A stretch of DNA of 64,000 bases, taken from the NCBI GenBank assembly GCA_964504555.1, contig CAZDFA010000001.1, forward strand, positions 32,440 to 96,439, given 5' to 3'. This stretch comes from an uncultured Flavobacteriaceae bacterium (lineage in GTDB: Bacteria; Bacteroidota; Bacteroidia; Flavobacteriales; Flavobacteriaceae). This document shows positions 49,601 through 58,899 of this stretch, one piece after another (position 1 is the stretch's first letter; each line of letters opens with the position of its first letter). The position numbers were made by a program, and so were the translations under genes. The notes under the pieces were generated by a model. That model was not told the origin of the DNA, ran no database searches, and worked only from the letters and a program-made list of their open reading frames with translations.

Positions 49601-50057
49601 GTATCGTACTATTTTGATTATTCCCAACCGTAATCCCTCTTAGGATACTTCCGCTAGTATTGAGTCCGTCAAAGGGTTTCAATCCTATTTTCTTTGATCC
49701 CTTGCCCAATTGTATTGCTCGTTGAAAATTTCCAGAACTATTCACTATTCGGGCTGGATCATATTGGGAGTAACTCCTTGTTAAAAAGTCAGGATAAGGT
49801 CGGTATATTATGATCAGGGAGTCTGTGAGTTCGGGGGTTTTCGCTTTAAGTGAAATAAGCGCTTTGGCATAATCAACGGTATAAGCGGTACTATCTATCG
49901 GTTTTCCGGTTTTGGTGGTTAGTTTGAATTGAAACGGATTAATACTCACCGAGTCTATTGCAATAGTATCTGCCACGGCTACTTTTTTGGTACGCAATTC
50001 TTGCGCAAAAAGTCCCGAAGTTAAGAGCATACAACAAATAAGGGTAAAATACCGCAT
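46629..50057 (-). CDS. Large outer-membrane beta-barrel protein with SprA-like motifs (conserved hypothetical)
   Basis: Signal peptide (start moved to MRYF), amphipathic beta pattern, C-terminal Phe (NVQLKAFF), two Y(T/V)(V/I)DY..(A/G).I motifs. Confidence 0.65.
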   Translation of the reverse strand: [1142 protein letters not shown]

Positions 50058-50176
50058 CAGTTCTAAAACTCGGCTTAACAACAAATAGTATACCTATAGT
50101 TGGGCAAGTTAAACTTTATGCCCTTTTTAACGTCTTTGGAAAGGTGAATTTTTAATTTAGCCCATATCGATTGAAT

Positions 50177-50941
50177 ATGAATATTATTTCCTACAACGTT
50201 AATGGAGTGCGCGCTGCACTAAGAAAGGGACTAGATCAATGGATGGATCAGGCAGAACCTGATGTATTAATGATGCAAGAAACAAAGGCTACACCAGATC
50301 AGGTGGACACGGAAGCTTTTGAAAAAATAGGATATCATCATTATTGGTTTAGCGCACAAAAAAAAGGATATAGCGGCGTGGCTATATTGAGCAAAACAGC
50401 CCCGAAACATGTGGAGTATGGTACAGGAATAAGTCATATGGATGAAGAAGGTAGGGTGATACGTGCGGATTTTGAAGGAGTATCAGTAATGAGCCTGTAT
50501 TTACCTTCAGGAAGTAATACCGATAGATTGGAGCACAAGTTTAAGTTTATGGACGATTTTCAATCCTACATCAATGATTTGAGACAAGATTATCCCAATT
50601 TAGTAATCGGTGGAGATTACAACATTTGCCACGAAGCTATAGATATACATGACCCTATTAGAAATAAAAATGTTAGTGGATTTTTACCCCACGAACGAAA
50701 GTGGATAGGTGGTTTTATGGAAAGCGGCTTTGTAGATTCTTTTAGGCATATGAATAAAGAGCCCCACAATTATACGTGGTGGAGTTACCGCGCCAATGCA
50801 CGAGCTAATAATAAAGGTTGGCGTATCGATTATAATATGGTAAGTGAATCATTAAAAGACCAAATAAACCGCGCATTGATTTTACCCGATGCGAAGCATA
50901 GTGATCACTGCCCTCACCTTGTAGAATTAGCATTACCTTAA
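50177..50941 (+). CDS. xth: Exodeoxyribonuclease III
   Basis: ISYNVNG, QETK, GYSGVA, GDYNICH, GWRIDY, SDHCP. Confidence 0.95.
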   Translation: MNIISYNVNGVRAALRKGLDQWMDQAEPDVLMMQETKATPDQVDTEAFEKIGYHHYWFSAQKKGYSGVAILSKTAPKHVEYGTGISHMDEEGRVIRADFEGVSVMSLYLPSGSNTDRLEHKFKFMDDFQSYINDLRQDYPNLVIGGDYNICHEAIDIHDPIRNKNVSGFLPHERKWIGGFMESGFVDSFRHMNKEPHNYTWWSYRANARANNKGWRIDYNMVSESLKDQINRALILPDAKHSDHCPHLVELALP

Positions 50942-50971
50942 TAACAAATATTACTAACCCAAATTATACCT

Positions 50972-51964
50972 ATGCTTACTCTTTTAAAAAAGATTGGATT
51001 TATACTTATTATATTTAGCCTATTCACATCCTGTGTTTCAAAAAAAGTTTTTGAGGACCTAGAGTCTAAATATGCACGTTTGCGAAAAGAGAATAGAACA
51101 CTGTCTTCAGATCTCGCTGACGCGAAAAAGGAATTAAAAAAATACAAAGCCGATTATGAAAACACGAAGAGTACACTCGATCAAACTACGGCTGAAAGAG
51201 ATCGTCTTGCTAGCGAAAATGCCGCAGCTAAGGCAAGTCTAAAAACATTACAGGATTCTTATGACGCGCTAGAAAAAAATAGTAGCACAAGTCTTGCTGA
51301 AAATGCTCAAAAAAATAGAGAGCTCCTAGCGCAATTGGAAGAAAAGCAACGTGAGCTAGCAAGCAATCAAGCTGCATTGGAAACAGAACACAATAGATTA
51401 GAACAATTGGAGCGCGATTTGGCCGCACGATCTTCCCGAATAGATGAGTTAGAATCACTAATTAAGGCAAAAGATGCTAATTTGCAACGTTTAAAAGATG
51501 CTATTTCCAAAGCACTTACTGACTTTGAAGGAAAGGGTCTTACCGTAGAGCAACGCGATGGGAAGGTGTATGTATCTTTAGAAAACAAACTTCTTTTTGA
51601 TAGTGGGAGTTGGACGGTAGGTACTAATGGTAGAACAGCTGTGGTAGAATTAGGGAAGGTCCTAGCTCAGAACCCTGAAATAGCAGTTTTAATAGAGGGC
51701 CATACCGACGACGTGCCCTATGCTGGTAGTGGAAATTTGAGTGGTAACTGGGATCTTTCGGCAAAACGAGCCACGGCAATTGTAACTATTTTGCGAGAAA
51801 ATAAAAGTATAGATCCCAAAAATCTCACAGCTGCTGGTCGTGGAGAATATGCTCCCATAGCACCCAATACAACTGCCGATAATAAAGCAAAGAACAGGCG
51901 TATAGAGGTTATTCTTACGCCTAAGCTAGATGAGGTAACCCAACTGCTTAATGAAGGGAATTAA
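50972..51964 (+). CDS. Coiled-coil lipoprotein with an OmpA/MotB-like peptidoglycan-binding domain
   Basis: Lipobox FTSC; LLFDSGS, EGHTD, NWDLS.KRA, NRRIEV. Confidence 0.88.
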   Translation: MLTLLKKIGFILIIFSLFTSCVSKKVFEDLESKYARLRKENRTLSSDLADAKKELKKYKADYENTKSTLDQTTAERDRLASENAAAKASLKTLQDSYDALEKNSSTSLAENAQKNRELLAQLEEKQRELASNQAALETEHNRLEQLERDLAARSSRIDELESLIKAKDANLQRLKDAISKALTDFEGKGLTVEQRDGKVYVSLENKLLFDSGSWTVGTNGRTAVVELGKVLAQNPEIAVLIEGHTDDVPYAGSGNLSGNWDLSAKRATAIVTILRENKSIDPKNLTAAGRGEYAPIAPNTTADNKAKNRRIEVILTPKLDEVTQLLNEGN

Positions 51965-52008
51965 ATATAATTAAAACAAGACTTTCGCCTTTTCGCAGAA
52001 GTAGGACT

Positions 52009-53043
52009 ATGAAATATACCAATCTTCCAACTACCGATATAAAAGTTTCCAAAATATGCCTAGGCACCATGACCTGGGGAGAGCAAAACATAGAAGAAGA
52101 TGGGCACCAGCAATTGGATTATGCCATTGAACAAGGAGTAAATTTTATTGATACTGCCGAGTTGTATAGTGTACCAAACCCAAGGGCGGAAACCTATGGA
52201 AGTACTGAGCGTATTATCGGAAACTGGCTTCAAAAAACAGGCAGGCGAACTGACTTAATTATAGCAACTAAAATTGCTGGACCAGCTCCATTTACGCAAC
52301 ATATAAGGACAGGTGGATTTGCAAAAAATGAATTGGAAGACGCAGTAAACAAAAGTTTAAAACGTCTTCAAACAGATTATATAGACCTTTACCAATTGCA
52401 TTGGCCAGAAAGGCCTACCAATTTTTTCGGTCAGTTGGGATATATCCATCAAGAAAATCAGCAGTGGGAGGACAACTTTGGGCAAATACTTACTGATCTT
52501 AATGCCTTGATTAAGGCAGGTAAGATTAGATATATTGGTCTTTCTAACGAAACCCCATATGGGCTTTCTCGTTATATGGAAGAAGCGCGAAAAGGACTGC
52601 CTAAAATGATTACTGTACAAAATCCATATAGTTTGCTAAACCGTAAAGATGAGGTAGGGCTAACGGAGATTTTGCATCGAGAAGGAGTGGGGCATTTGCC
52701 TTATTCACCTTTAGGTTTTGGACAATTAACAGGTAAATATTTAGATGGATATCCTCCCAATGCTAGGGCAACCTTATTCCCTAATTACAGTAGGTATCAT
52801 AATGAGCTATCTTTTGAAGCAACTAGGAGTTATAAATCTATAGCCGATGAACACGAACTGAGTCTTACTCAAATGTCTCTTGCGTATGTTAATACTAGAC
52901 CTTTTGTAACGTCCAATATTATAGGAGCTACAAAAATGGTTCAACTCAAAGAAAATATTGCAAGCATCGATATCTCCTTATCAAAAGAAGTGCTGGAAGC
53001 TATTGAAGAAGTGCATGCGACTATCCCTAATCCTGCGCCTTAA
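52009..53043 (+). CDS. Aldo/keto reductase (Tas-like)
   Basis: ICLGTMTWG, DTAELY, DLYQLHWP, GLSNE, QNPYSLLNR. Confidence 0.93.
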   Translation: MKYTNLPTTDIKVSKICLGTMTWGEQNIEEDGHQQLDYAIEQGVNFIDTAELYSVPNPRAETYGSTERIIGNWLQKTGRRTDLIIATKIAGPAPFTQHIRTGGFAKNELEDAVNKSLKRLQTDYIDLYQLHWPERPTNFFGQLGYIHQENQQWEDNFGQILTDLNALIKAGKIRYIGLSNETPYGLSRYMEEARKGLPKMITVQNPYSLLNRKDEVGLTEILHREGVGHLPYSPLGFGQLTGKYLDGYPPNARATLFPNYSRYHNELSFEATRSYKSIADEHELSLTQMSLAYVNTRPFVTSNIIGATKMVQLKENIASIDISLSKEVLEAIEEVHATIPNPAP

Positions 53044-53070
53044 TCAATATAGTGAGATAAAGAACTAAAA

Positions 53071-53853
53071 TTAAGACTTTACAAAACGTAATGTTCTTTG
53101 CCCAAAATTGGTGTTGACAACGGCAAAGTAAATACCACTAGATAATGAAGAGACATCCAATTGCATTTCACTAGAGTTTTCCCTAATGCTATTTTGAATC
53201 TGTCTCCCTAAACTATCAAAAATTGTAGTATTGGCGCTTTCGAAAGAACGACTCAATGAGATAGTTAATAAATCTGAGACTGGATTTGGCGAGGCGATTA
53301 TAGTAGTGAGATCAAAATCATTTACACTCAGAACATCCGTTATACTTACATTAAAAACAAAGTCTACCAATTCATTAAAGCTATTTCCATTTTCCCAAGC
53401 AAATCCTTCTGGATATACATCAGGATTACCATTTGCCGCTACGTTAACCAACAGATTTACTGTGACTCCAGGGATTTGAAAGGTAAAAACATCTCCATTT
53501 TCTATAGGAAACTCTTCTCCAATATTTATACGTAAACTCTCTCCAGCCGCCCCAAAACTCATTGACGGAAAATTCTGCACATAAACAGGATTTCCACTAA
53601 CTGTTGCTCCTTCAAAAATTTCTAATGATCTTGCCTGTTGGGTGCCGCCACTACCAGTAATAAACTCCACGTATTCTAAAAAGCCATCACATTCGGCAGT
53701 AAAAGTTTGCGCCCAATCAAAATTATTTTGAGGATCAAAACCTCCAATATCATTACCAAAAGTGCATTGCGCAGAGGAGTAGGAACTAGCCACAACTACA
53801 AAAACAGAAAAAAAACATAATTTTAGTGTAAGAGAAAGGTGATTTTTAGACAT
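53071..53853 (-). CDS. Small T9SS type A CTD secreted protein
   Basis: Signal peptide; SPNPVSD...IFDSLGR...LDVSSLSSGIYF...RFVKS. Confidence 0.85.
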   Translation of the reverse strand: MSKNHLSLTLKLCFFSVFVVVASSYSSAQCTFGNDIGGFDPQNNFDWAQTFTAECDGFLEYVEFITGSGGTQQARSLEIFEGATVSGNPVYVQNFPSMSFGAAGESLRINIGEEFPIENGDVFTFQIPGVTVNLLVNVAANGNPDVYPEGFAWENGNSFNELVDFVFNVSITDVLSVNDFDLTTIIASPNPVSDLLTISLSRSFESANTTIFDSLGRQIQNSIRENSSEMQLDVSSLSSGIYFAVVNTNFGQRTLRFVKS

Positions 53854-53919
53854 AAATGTTGATTGTTAATTAGGTCAATATAGTCGTACAACTTCAAAAT
53901 TCTTACAAGAAGCTAAGAA

Positions 53920-55287
53920 TTAATCAAACAGATGCTTAACAACATCATGTATTTTTCCTGCTTTAATAATCTGAATGCCCATATTTTGGTCGGGAAGCTT
54001 ACAGTATTTGGAGATGATAATTTTTTGAAAGCCTAGTTTTGCTGCTTCCGCGATGCGCTGCTCTATTCGATTTACTGGACGCACTTCTCCAGCTAACCCA
54101 ACTTCTGCAGCAAAGCATAGTGTTTTATCAATTGCAATGTCAATATTAGAGGATAAAACAGCTGCTGCCACCGCAAGGTCTATGGCGGGATCATCTACAG
54201 TAATGCCCCCAGTAATATTTAGAAAAACATCTTTTGCTCCTAATTTGAATCCTGCTCGCTTTTCTAGTACTGCAAGCAGCATATTAAGTCGTTTTACATT
54301 ATAACCAGTAGCACTACGTTGTGGTGTGCCATATACCGCAGTACTTACTAATGCTTGAATTTCTATCATTAAGGGACGCATTCCTTCTAGTGTCGCGGCT
54401 ATGGCGGTACCGCTTAGTTCTTCTTCATTTTTTGAAATGAGAATTTCACTAGGATTGGTTACCTCTCTTAGACCGCTGCCTTGCATCTCATAAATACCCA
54501 GTTCATGTGTGCTTCCAAATCTATTTTTATGTGCTCTTAAAATGCGATAGACATGATTGCGATCTCCTTCAAATTGTAAAACAGTATCTACCATATGTTC
54601 CAAAATTTTTGGGCCTGCAATATGGCCATCCTTGGTGATATGGCCAATAAGGATTACAGGAGTGGCTGTTTCTTTGGCAAATTGAATGAGCTCGGATGTG
54701 GTTTGCCGTATTTGAGAGATACTACCTGGACTGCTCTCTATATGGCTAGAATGAAGTGTTTGTATGGAATCTATAACTACAATATCGGGTTGTAGATCAT
54801 CTATATGCCTAAAAATATTTTGAGTTTTTGTTTCTGACAGGATAAAGCATTGTGTGCTATTTGGATATATACGGTCTGCTCGCATTTTGATTTGTTGCTG
54901 GCTTTCTTCTCCCGAAACATATAAGGTTTTTATTGAAAGTTGTAAGGCTATTTGCAGTAGTAGGGTGCTTTTGCCAATACCTGGTTCTCCTCCTAAAAGT
55001 GTTAATGATCCTGAAACCAAACCACCTCCTAAAACACGATTAAATTCTTGATTACCTGTATTTAACCTAGTTTCTGTGTTTGTTGTTATTTCTGAAATAC
55101 GCCTGGCTTTGGTAACCCGTTCTTTTTGATTTTGACCTATTTCGGAATTCCAAAGCGCTTTTTCTTCCTTTTGAATGACCTCTTCTACAATAGTATTCCA
55201 TTGCTTACAAGCCTGGCATTGTCCCTGCCACTTGCTGTGCTGTGTGCCGCAGTTTTGACAGAAAAATGTAGTCTTAGTTTTGGCCAT
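53920..55287 (-). CDS. radA: DNA repair protein RadA/Sms
   Basis: CQNCG...QCQAC, GEPGIGKST, KNRFG, Lon-like C-terminus. Confidence 0.98.
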   Translation of the reverse strand: MAKTKTTFFCQNCGTQHSKWQGQCQACKQWNTIVEEVIQKEEKALWNSEIGQNQKERVTKARRISEITTNTETRLNTGNQEFNRVLGGGLVSGSLTLLGGEPGIGKSTLLLQIALQLSIKTLYVSGEESQQQIKMRADRIYPNSTQCFILSETKTQNIFRHIDDLQPDIVVIDSIQTLHSSHIESSPGSISQIRQTTSELIQFAKETATPVILIGHITKDGHIAGPKILEHMVDTVLQFEGDRNHVYRILRAHKNRFGSTHELGIYEMQGSGLREVTNPSEILISKNEEELSGTAIAATLEGMRPLMIEIQALVSTAVYGTPQRSATGYNVKRLNMLLAVLEKRAGFKLGAKDVFLNITGGITVDDPAIDLAVAAAVLSSNIDIAIDKTLCFAAEVGLAGEVRPVNRIEQRIAEAAKLGFQKIIISKYCKLPDQNMGIQIIKAGKIHDVVKHLFD

Positions 55288-55413
55288 TGTTGTTTTTCAC
55301 GCTAAGCGAAAGTAGCCAAATTCAACTAATAAGACACGCGGTTGAAACGTTTAATGACGGCAACTTAATTTTGACAATCCAAAAACTAAACAATGAGATA
55401 TGCTCTATTAAAC

Positions 55414-56562
55414 CTAATATCCAAAATCAGCTTTAATTAGGTCAACCTTTTCTAACATTAAGTCTTTAGTTAATCCTGCAACTTCTTCTTGTAGAAAGGC
55501 ACTTTGATAGAGGCGCAAGGCCTTTTTTGGATGCCCTGTTTGCTCGTAAAACAATGCTAAATAGTAATTTCCTAGCAGCGTTTCTGGATGGTGAACTTTA
55601 GCCAATTTGCCTAAATTTTCAAGTTCTTCCCATTGTTCTTGTTTCTTTATGGCCGTGTATACCGCCACAAAGTCATTAATGCGGATTTTATCTTTTAGCC
55701 CAAAAAGTTCATCAACGGTAGTATATTTATCTACTAAGTAGTCATAAGGTGATCCGTCAAGTTTTAAGATCACTTCCTTATATTCTTTTTTACTAATGGG
55801 TCTGTATATGGAGAATATCTCTTCTAGGGCTTTGGGTATAGCCCGACCTACTAATGAGTAGTGCGTTGCTCCATCAAAATCATCAAATGCGTACCGCAAA
55901 TTTTCATTACTTACATTTTTAAGTTTGTTGTTTAAAGCTATAATATCATCCCGTAGTATTTGAATGTCTTCACTAGCGGTTGCGAGATAATAGAACGTTT
56001 TTGTTTCTATTTGAGATAGGCGTTCTACCAATCGTTCATCCATTAATGGCGCCAATTCAGGACTTAAGGAGATATAACCTTGAAATAGGGTGCTGTCTTT
56101 AAAGAGATAGTAATTGAGAAAATTGGCAGTAAGGTCATGGCCTATTACAATTCTGAAATTTGCAGTTCGATAATTTTCATCTAGCCAGGGCATCATTTCT
56201 AAGCCTAAAAACTCAAAGAATTCCGCACCTTCTTCAGTTGGAAGAAAATTATCTTCATCATAATAAGTGTCGTCACTTCTAGTTTCAGATTGTTTGACTC
56301 CAACGACAATAGCATCAGGCATTTCTTCCCAATAGCTATTATAATCTACCAGTCCAGATATTGGTTCAAATAGATAATCTCCATCCAAGGCAAGAATTAT
56401 AGGATAGGTTTTTTCAATATTATCACCGTAATTTCGAGGAAGTTGAATTTTGAGTTGTCGGGTTTGGCCTAGTTTTTCAGATTCAATCGAATGATATTCA
56501 ACCTGAGCCTTTAGGCCTGTTACGCAAATAACAAGGACAAGGTATGATAGTAACTGTTTCAT
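55414..56562 (-). CDS. Alpha/beta hydrolase (putative esterase) with a C-terminal TPR-like region
   Basis: YPIILALDG, IGHDLTA (GHxxxA in place of GxSxG), ATHYSL. Confidence 0.8.
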   Translation of the reverse strand: MKQLLSYLVLVICVTGLKAQVEYHSIESEKLGQTRQLKIQLPRNYGDNIEKTYPIILALDGDYLFEPISGLVDYNSYWEEMPDAIVVGVKQSETRSDDTYYDEDNFLPTEEGAEFFEFLGLEMMPWLDENYRTANFRIVIGHDLTANFLNYYLFKDSTLFQGYISLSPELAPLMDERLVERLSQIETKTFYYLATASEDIQILRDDIIALNNKLKNVSNENLRYAFDDFDGATHYSLVGRAIPKALEEIFSIYRPISKKEYKEVILKLDGSPYDYLVDKYTTVDELFGLKDKIRINDFVAVYTAIKKQEQWEELENLGKLAKVHHPETLLGNYYLALFYEQTGHPKKALRLYQSAFLQEEVAGLTKDLMLEKVDLIKADFGY

Positions 56563-56594
56563 TTTAAGGAGCGTTTTAAAACAGGTCTAAAATA

Positions 56595-57569
56595 CTAATT
56601 TTTAATTTTCTTCAATTTAAATAGGAAAATTAGACAACAAAATCCGCCAAAAACTATATTAAAAACGGTCTGTGTAGTCCAAACAATCCAACCAAATGCT
56701 TGGGCATCTTGACTGGCATAACCAAAAAGATTAGCAAAAACTGCTACCATTGCTATTGGGTAGAGACCCATCCCAGCATTAGTGGCCGACATAGAGAAAC
56801 CACCTGCAATAAAGGCAGTTAGCATAACACCTAATGGTGCGTCTCCCAAACTGGGCACGGTGTACTTCATAATCCAAAACATACTGGCGTACATTGTCCA
56901 TATAAATATGGTATGGAAGATGAATGCGGTATTGTTTTTCATTTTCAGAATGCTCTTGACACCTTCCAATATTCCAAGACCAAAATTGCGCACTTTTACC
57001 ATTAAGGGGTGTTTTGAATTCTTGAGAATGCGCAATCCAATAATACCTATGAACAACATTAACGTAAGGGCTATTATGGATGGTAATGGATTGGCAGATT
57101 CCTTGAAAAAATCTATTAAGGCTGTTGATTGCAAAAATACCGCTGTGGCCATAATAAGAATGAGCATGACTAGGTCTGCGAGTCGTTCAGAAACAATGGT
57201 GCCGAATGCCTTGTCAAAAGATATGGGTTCTAATTTGCTGATAACAACCCCACGTAAAACCTCACCTATCCTTAAAACAAATGTATTGGCAAAATAGGCG
57301 GTCATCACAGCAATAAAACTGTGTTTAAGCTTTGGATGACAACCTAAAGGCTCAAGCATAAACTTCCATCTATAGGATCTCGAAATATGACTAAGCAGGG
57401 CAAAAACTAAAGAAGCACTAACCCATAAGGGATTGGCACTTTTCATAGCCTCCCATAATTGCTGTCTCTCTTGGCCTGTCATTTTACCAAGTGAATACCA
57501 TATCAAAAAACTTCCTAGAAGTATGGGAAGTAGATATTTTAAAAAATTAAATACCTTTTTTTTTGACAC
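56595..57569 (-). CDS. Lysylphosphatidylglycerol synthase TM-domain (flippase-like) protein
   Basis: RSYRW, AN...RIGEVLR, FGTIVSERLAD, GMGLYP. Confidence 0.88.
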   Translation of the reverse strand: MSKKKVFNFLKYLLPILLGSFLIWYSLGKMTGQERQQLWEAMKSANPLWVSASLVFALLSHISRSYRWKFMLEPLGCHPKLKHSFIAVMTAYFANTFVLRIGEVLRGVVISKLEPISFDKAFGTIVSERLADLVMLILIMATAVFLQSTALIDFFKESANPLPSIIALTLMLFIGIIGLRILKNSKHPLMVKVRNFGLGILEGVKSILKMKNNTAFIFHTIFIWTMYASMFWIMKYTVPSLGDAPLGVMLTAFIAGGFSMSATNAGMGLYPIAMVAVFANLFGYASQDAQAFGWIVWTTQTVFNIVFGGFCCLIFLFKLKKIKN

Positions 57570-57920
57570 TTACTTTAGGAGATTGGTGGCTTCATCAGGA
57601 AACACCAATGTGGGTTTAAATTTTTTGGCATCGCCTAATTCCATGAATGCATATACAATGAGTATAAGGATATCTCCTTTAGACACTTTACGTGCAGCCG
57701 CACCGTTTAGCGTGACTTCTCCGCTTTTTCTCGGGCCAGGAATGGCATAGGTTTCGAGTCGTTCCCCATTAGTAACATTAACAATCTGCACGCGCTCTCC
57801 TTCAATAATGTTGGCAGCATCTAAGAGATCTTCATCAATAGTAATACTGCCTATATAATGTAATTCAGCACCAGTAACTTTTACTCTGTGAATTTTAGAC
57901 TTAACAACGTTTACAAGCAT
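57570..57920 (-). CDS. panD: Aspartate 1-decarboxylase
   Basis: [29 protein letters not shown]. Confidence 0.98.
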   Translation of the reverse strand: MLVNVVKSKIHRVKVTGAELHYIGSITIDEDLLDAANIIEGERVQIVNVTNGERLETYAIPGPRKSGEVTLNGAAARKVSKGDILILIVYAFMELGDAKKFKPTLVFPDEATNLLK

Positions 57921-57924
57921 TAGG

Positions 57925-57932
57925 CAAAGATA
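57925..57932 (-). promoter_or_regulatory. -7 element TATCTTTG, 4 nt before the panD ATG
   Basis: Exact TAnnTTTG in the 19-nt panC-panD gap. Confidence 0.55.
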
Positions 57933-57939
57933 GGTGTTA

Positions 57940-58788
57940 TTAGTTTAAAGCTATATTATCTATGAGCCGTACTTCTCCTGCAAAAGCTGCGATAAAAGCA
58001 CGGTATTTTTGATGTTTACGCTTTCGCGAAAGCAGATTCAGGTTTTTGATATTAGCTATTTCAAAATACTCTAAATCTAAAATGGGATGTTCATTAAACT
58101 GCTGAGTCACCCAAGATTTTAATTGAGCTGCGCTTTTAGACTCAAATTGTTTTTGTGCGGTTTTTAAGACTTGAAAAATTAAAGGAGCAGCATTTAATTG
58201 GTCGTTAGTCAATCTTGCGTTTCGACTACTCATAGCCAAACCATTTCTCTGCCGGTATATAGGGCTGCCAACAATTTGAACGGGTAGTCGCTCGAGCTTA
58301 ACCATTTTTTTTACAATAAGAAGCTGCTGATAATCTTTTTCGCCAAAAAAAGCCATATGAGGCATTATCTGCCTAAAAAGAAGATTTAATACTGTGCCTA
58401 CACCGTCAAAATGACCCGGTCTATATCGGCCTTCCATGGCAGTGGCAAGGCTTCCAAATGCATATTTTTTGGATTTGGGTTTATTATCATACACTTGGGC
58501 GATGCTAGGCACGTAGGGCATAACTTGTTTATGATATGGTGCTAAAAGCTTGATATCGTCATCTAAAGTGCGTGGGTATTTCTTTAAGTCATCATGATTA
58601 TTAAACTGCGTTGGATTCACAAATATGCTTACAACAACAACATCACAGTATTGCAATCCAAAATCGATCAGTGAGGTATGCCCTTTATGCAATGCTCCCA
58701 TAGTAGGGACAAAACCTATTTTTTGGCCAGAATCTTTTAAGCTTTTGACTGCATTTGCAATTGTTGCTTTATCGTAAATGGGGGTCAC
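57940..58788 (-). CDS. panC: Pantoate--beta-alanine ligase
   Basis: [49 protein letters not shown]. Confidence 0.98.
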   Translation of the reverse strand: MTPIYDKATIANAVKSLKDSGQKIGFVPTMGALHKGHTSLIDFGLQYCDVVVVSIFVNPTQFNNHDDLKKYPRTLDDDIKLLAPYHKQVMPYVPSIAQVYDNKPKSKKYAFGSLATAMEGRYRPGHFDGVGTVLNLLFRQIMPHMAFFGEKDYQQLLIVKKMVKLERLPVQIVGSPIYRQRNGLAMSSRNARLTNDQLNAAPLIFQVLKTAQKQFESKSAAQLKSWVTQQFNEHPILDLEYFEIANIKNLNLLSRKRKHQKYRAFIAAFAGEVRLIDNIALN

Positions 58789-58850
58789 TTTATTACAAAA
58801 TTAACAGGGCTCAAACATAGTGTTTTAAGTCCAAAGTGCATAAAATTTAG

Positions 58851-58858
58851 TACTTTTG
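58851..58858 (+). promoter_or_regulatory. -7 element TACTTTTG for the GT5-DUF4270-glmS run
   Basis: Exact TAnnTTTG upstream of ATG 58900. Confidence 0.55.
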
Positions 58859-58899
58859 CGTGTTTTTGAGTATTTTTTCTAACCAAAGTAAGCGGATTT

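Noticed and set aside
50972-51964. MotB-like annotation suggesting flagella
   Set aside because: Only the OmpA-like peptidoglycan-binding domain is shared; it is a lipoprotein with no MotA partner here
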